A DNA stretch of 64,000 bases, taken from assembly GCA_963704725.1 (NCBI GenBank), contig OY969934.1, positions 2,304,001 through 2,368,000 of the forward strand, in the 5' to 3' direction. Of the stretch, positions 61,171 through 64,000 are shown one piece after another. The position numbers were made by a program, and so were the translations under genes. This DNA comes from an uncultured Actinomycetes bacterium. Lineage in GTDB: Bacteria > Actinomycetota > UBA4738 > HRBIN12. Positions within the stretch are counted from its first letter, which is position 1, and the number at the start of each line of letters is the position of its first letter. The notes beneath the pieces were generated by a model that had not been told where the DNA came from, ran no database searches, and saw only the letters and a list, made by a program, of their open reading frames with translations.

Positions 61171-62353
61171 GTGACGATCGCCGCCCGTGGGGACCTGCGC
61201 CGGTTCCTGGTGAGCTGGTTCGCGCTGCCGGGGGCCGCGCTCGCCGCCCTGCTGGTCGGCGCGGCGATGCTCCTCGCGCTCGGCGCGAACCCTCTGACCG
61301 GATACCGCGCGCTGGCCGAGGGAGCCTTCGGCAGCTTCGATGCGCTCGCCGACACGGCGATCAAGGCGGTGCCGCTGGTGCTCGTCGGCGTGGGCATCTG
61401 CATCGCGTTCCGCGCCAACGTCCTGAACATCGGCGGCGAGGGTCAGATGGTCATGGGCGGCCTGGCGGCCACGGCGACGGCGATCGCCGTCCCCGGCGTG
61501 CCCGCGCCCCCTCATGGTGCCGCTCGTGCTGCTCGCCGGCGCCGCCGGCGGGGCCGTGTGGGGGGCGATCCCCGGGTCGCTGAAGGCCTACCTCAACGTC
61601 AACGAGATCCTGTCCACGATCATGCTCAACATCGTTGCGGTGCAGGTCATGAACTATCTGCTCGCCGGACCCATGGTCGACAAGGAGTTCTCCGGCTTCT
61701 CCCTGATCCCGCAGACCAAACGGCTCGCGCCGAGCGCGGACCTGCCGGTGCTCCCCGGCGGAACGAAGCTCCACGCGGGGGTCGTCGTGGCGGTGCTCGC
61801 CGCGGTGCTCGTGTACGTCCTGCTGTGGCGAACGGGGCTCGGGTTCCGGCTACGCGCGGTGGGGCTGTCGCGAGAGGCGTCCGCGTACGCGGGCATCCCC
61901 GTGAAGCGGACCATCACGCTGGCGATGACGCTGGCCGGGGCCATGTCCGGCCTGGCCGGCGCCGTGGTGGTCTTCGGCGGGGCCTCGCACCGGATGGTCA
62001 CGGACGGCACCGCGACGGGGTTCACCGGATCCGCGGGCTTCAACGGGATCGTCGCCGCCCTGTTCGGGGGGCTGCATCCCGTGTGGACGATCCTGTCCGC
62101 GTTCGTCTTCGGCGGCCTGCTCGTCGGTGGCAACGCCATGCAGATCGCCGTCCAGGTCCCGACGGCGCTGGTCGTGGCGCTGAACGGCGTGCTCGTGGTC
62201 TTCGTCGTCTCGATCGAGTACCTGCGCCGCCGGGCCCGACTGCGGCTCGAGGTGCCCGCCGGCGCGCTGGCCGAGAGCCGTCCCCGGCTCGAGCCCGCCG
62301 CCGCGGGGGCCGCCGCGGCGGCGGAGGATCCCCCCGGGGAGGCCGGCGGATGA
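61171..62353 (+). CDS. Nucleoside/sugar (CUT2) ABC permease 1, with one frameshift near 61510
   Basis: LNIGGEGQ. After the shift: NVNEILSTIMLN, GFRLRAVG, GFNGIVAALFG. Confidence 0.87.
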
Positions 62354-63282
62354 GGGACTTCTTCACCCTCACCGTGCTCACGGCCACCGTCGCCGCCGGG
62401 GTCCGGCTGGCCACCCCGTTCCTGCTGGCCAGCCTTGGCGAGACCATCGGACAGCGCAGCGGGGTCCTCAACCTGGGCGTCGACGGGATCATGCTGCTCG
62501 GCGCCTTCGGCTCGTACTACACGGCCCTGCACTCGCACAGCCTGTGGCTCGCGGTGCTGGTCGGCGCGCTCGTCGGGGCGACGATGGGCCTCGTCACGGC
62601 CTTCGTCAGCGTGACGCTGAAGGCCGAGCAGGGCATCAGCGGCATCGGCGTCTTCCTGTTCGGCCTGGGGCTGTCCGACCTGCTGTTCCAGAAGCTCGTG
62701 GGCACGCCCGTGCCGATCCCGACGTTCCCCACGGTCAAGGTCCCGCTCCTCGCGAGCATCCCCACCGTCGGCGAGATGCTGTTCCAGGCCAACCTGATGG
62801 TCTACCTGGCCTTCCTGCTGGTCCCCGTCCTCGCGTTCGTCCTCAACCGAACGACGTACGGCACCAACGTGAAGGCGGTGGGCGAGAACCCGGCCGCCGC
62901 CGACAGCGTCGGCGTGAACGTCGCGCGGGTGCGGTACTCCACGGTCCTGCTGGGCAGCACGCTCGCCGGCGTGGCCGGCGCGGCCCTCGCGCTCCAGCTC
63001 GGCATCTTCCAGCAGAACCTCACCCAGGGGCAGGGGTTCATCGCGGTCGCGCTGGTCTACTTCGGCGCGTGGCGTCCCGTGGGCGTGATGGCCGGCTCGC
63101 TCCTCTACGGGATGGTCGCGGCCACGGTCCTGACGTGGAAGACGCTCGGGATCATCCCGCAGAGCGCCTCGGACCTGGCGGCGATGGCTCCGGCGGTGCT
63201 CACCGTCCTCGCCCTCGTCGTCGTCGCCCGGCGCTTCCGGCAGCCGGCCGCCCTGGCCAGGCCCTACGAACGAGGAGGCTGA
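62350..63282 (+). CDS. Nucleoside/sugar ABC permease 2
   Basis: LGETIGQRSGVLNLGVDG, AVGENPAAADSVGVNV, GQGFIAVALVYFGAWRP. Confidence 0.92.
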   Translation: MRDFFTLTVLTATVAAGVRLATPFLLASLGETIGQRSGVLNLGVDGIMLLGAFGSYYTALHSHSLWLAVLVGALVGATMGLVTAFVSVTLKAEQGISGIGVFLFGLGLSDLLFQKLVGTPVPIPTFPTVKVPLLASIPTVGEMLFQANLMVYLAFLLVPVLAFVLNRTTYGTNVKAVGENPAAADSVGVNVARVRYSTVLLGSTLAGVAGAALALQLGIFQQNLTQGQGFIAVALVYFGAWRPVGVMAGSLLYGMVAATVLTWKTLGIIPQSASDLAAMAPAVLTVLALVVVARRFRQPAALARPYERGG

Positions 63283-63343
63283 GGACGCTCGAGGGACGGA
63301 TCCCCGCATCACCGAAGGCACGGATCCCGAAGGAGGGGTTGGC

Positions 63344-64000
63344 ATGGACACGAAGCTGCTTCGATGGGCCCGCCTCGCGGCCATCGTCGCGGTCCTGGCG
63401 ATCGTCGCCGCGGCCTGCAGCGACGACGGCACCACGAACGGGCCGACGAACACCGGCACCACCGGCACGACGGCGACGACGACCGGGACCACCGGCACCA
63501 CCGGCGCCACCGGCACCACGGCCGCCGAGCCGTTCCGCGTGGCGGTCGTCGCACCGAGCGCCACGAACGACCTGGCGTTCACGCAGTCGATGGTCGACGC
63601 GCTGAACACCCTGAAGGACTCCGAGAACCTCGACATCGCGGTCTCGGACAACCTGTTCGTCGTGGACGACGCGGCGAGCGCGCTCCAGAACTACGCCGAG
63701 CAGGGCTACGACCTGGTCATCGCGCACGGGTCGCAGTTCGGCGGCATCATCGAGCAGCTCGCGCCGGAGTTCCCCGACGTCTCGTTCGCCTGGGGCACGG
63801 CGGGCGACACCTTCGGCCAGCCCAACGTGTACGCCTACCAGGCCGCGTCGGACCAGGGCGGCTACGTCCAGGGCGTGCTCGCGGCGGGGCTGACGCAGAC
63901 CAAGAAGATCGGCGTGGTCGGCCCCATCGAGGTCGGCGACGCGAAGCTGTACGTCGACGGGTTCGTCGCCGGCGTCGCGGCCGCCGATCCCTCGGTCAAG
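63344..64000 (+). CDS. BMP-family (purine nucleoside) ABC substrate-binding lipoprotein, partial
   Basis: Lipobox VAAAC, Thr/Gly linker, NDLAFTQS, GYDLVIAHGSQF, GGYVQG, KKIGVVG. AAGGAGG RBS. Confidence 0.9.
   Translation, partial: MDTKLLRWARLAAIVAVLAIVAAACSDDGTTNGPTNTGTTGTTATTTGTTGTTGATGTTAAEPFRVAVVAPSATNDLAFTQSMVDALNTLKDSENLDIAVSDNLFVVDDAASALQNYAEQGYDLVIAHGSQFGGIIEQLAPEFPDVSFAWGTAGDTFGQPNVYAYQAASDQGGYVQGVLAAGLTQTKKIGVVGPIEVGDAKLYVDGFVAGVAAADPSVK

Noticed and set aside
63428-63525. ACCGGCACC/ACG repeats as a CRISPR or VNTR element
   Set aside because: They encode the Thr/Gly linker of the BMP lipoprotein. No spacer structure and no cas genes are seen anywhere in the window.

Overview
High-GC Actinomycetota-type chromosomal segment, probably a lineage outside the well-studied Actinomycetia (inference). 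Bases 1-43.9 kb are a largely syntenic housekeeping block: tsf, rpsB with its t44-like leader, whiG-like sigma, xerC, dprA, comM, yraN, rnhB, lepB, rplS, trmD, rimM, rpsP, ffh, ftsY, smc, mutM, rnc, rpmF, coaD, rsmD, recG, rpmB, thiD, thiL, pckA, ddl, cofC, HU and tRNA-Gln. A few genes are inserted into it: an MBL-rhodanese fusion, two stand-alone receivers, and a PAS/GAF kinase with a NarL regulator. Bases 43.97-64 kb are an accessory purine-catabolism region. An 11-gene minus-strand operon encodes two PLP enzymes, two different carbamoyltransferases, carbamate kinase, a fused 2Fe-2S/Mo xanthine-dehydrogenase-family enzyme, SsnA, a Mer-like LLM oxidoreductase, a three-subunit XDH and an 8-oxoguanine deaminase. 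A divergent unit encodes a regulator pair and a BMP-type nucleoside ABC transporter. The best candidate for a new system is this operon. It looks like a rewired reductive (2,8-dioxopurine-type) urate pathway in which an F420-type LLM reductase, a second non-canonical transcarbamylase and two uncharacterised PLP enzymes stand where YgfK, YgeY and YgeX would be. Four single-base frameshifts all fall in this region. All calls come from motif recognition by eye, and no searches were run.
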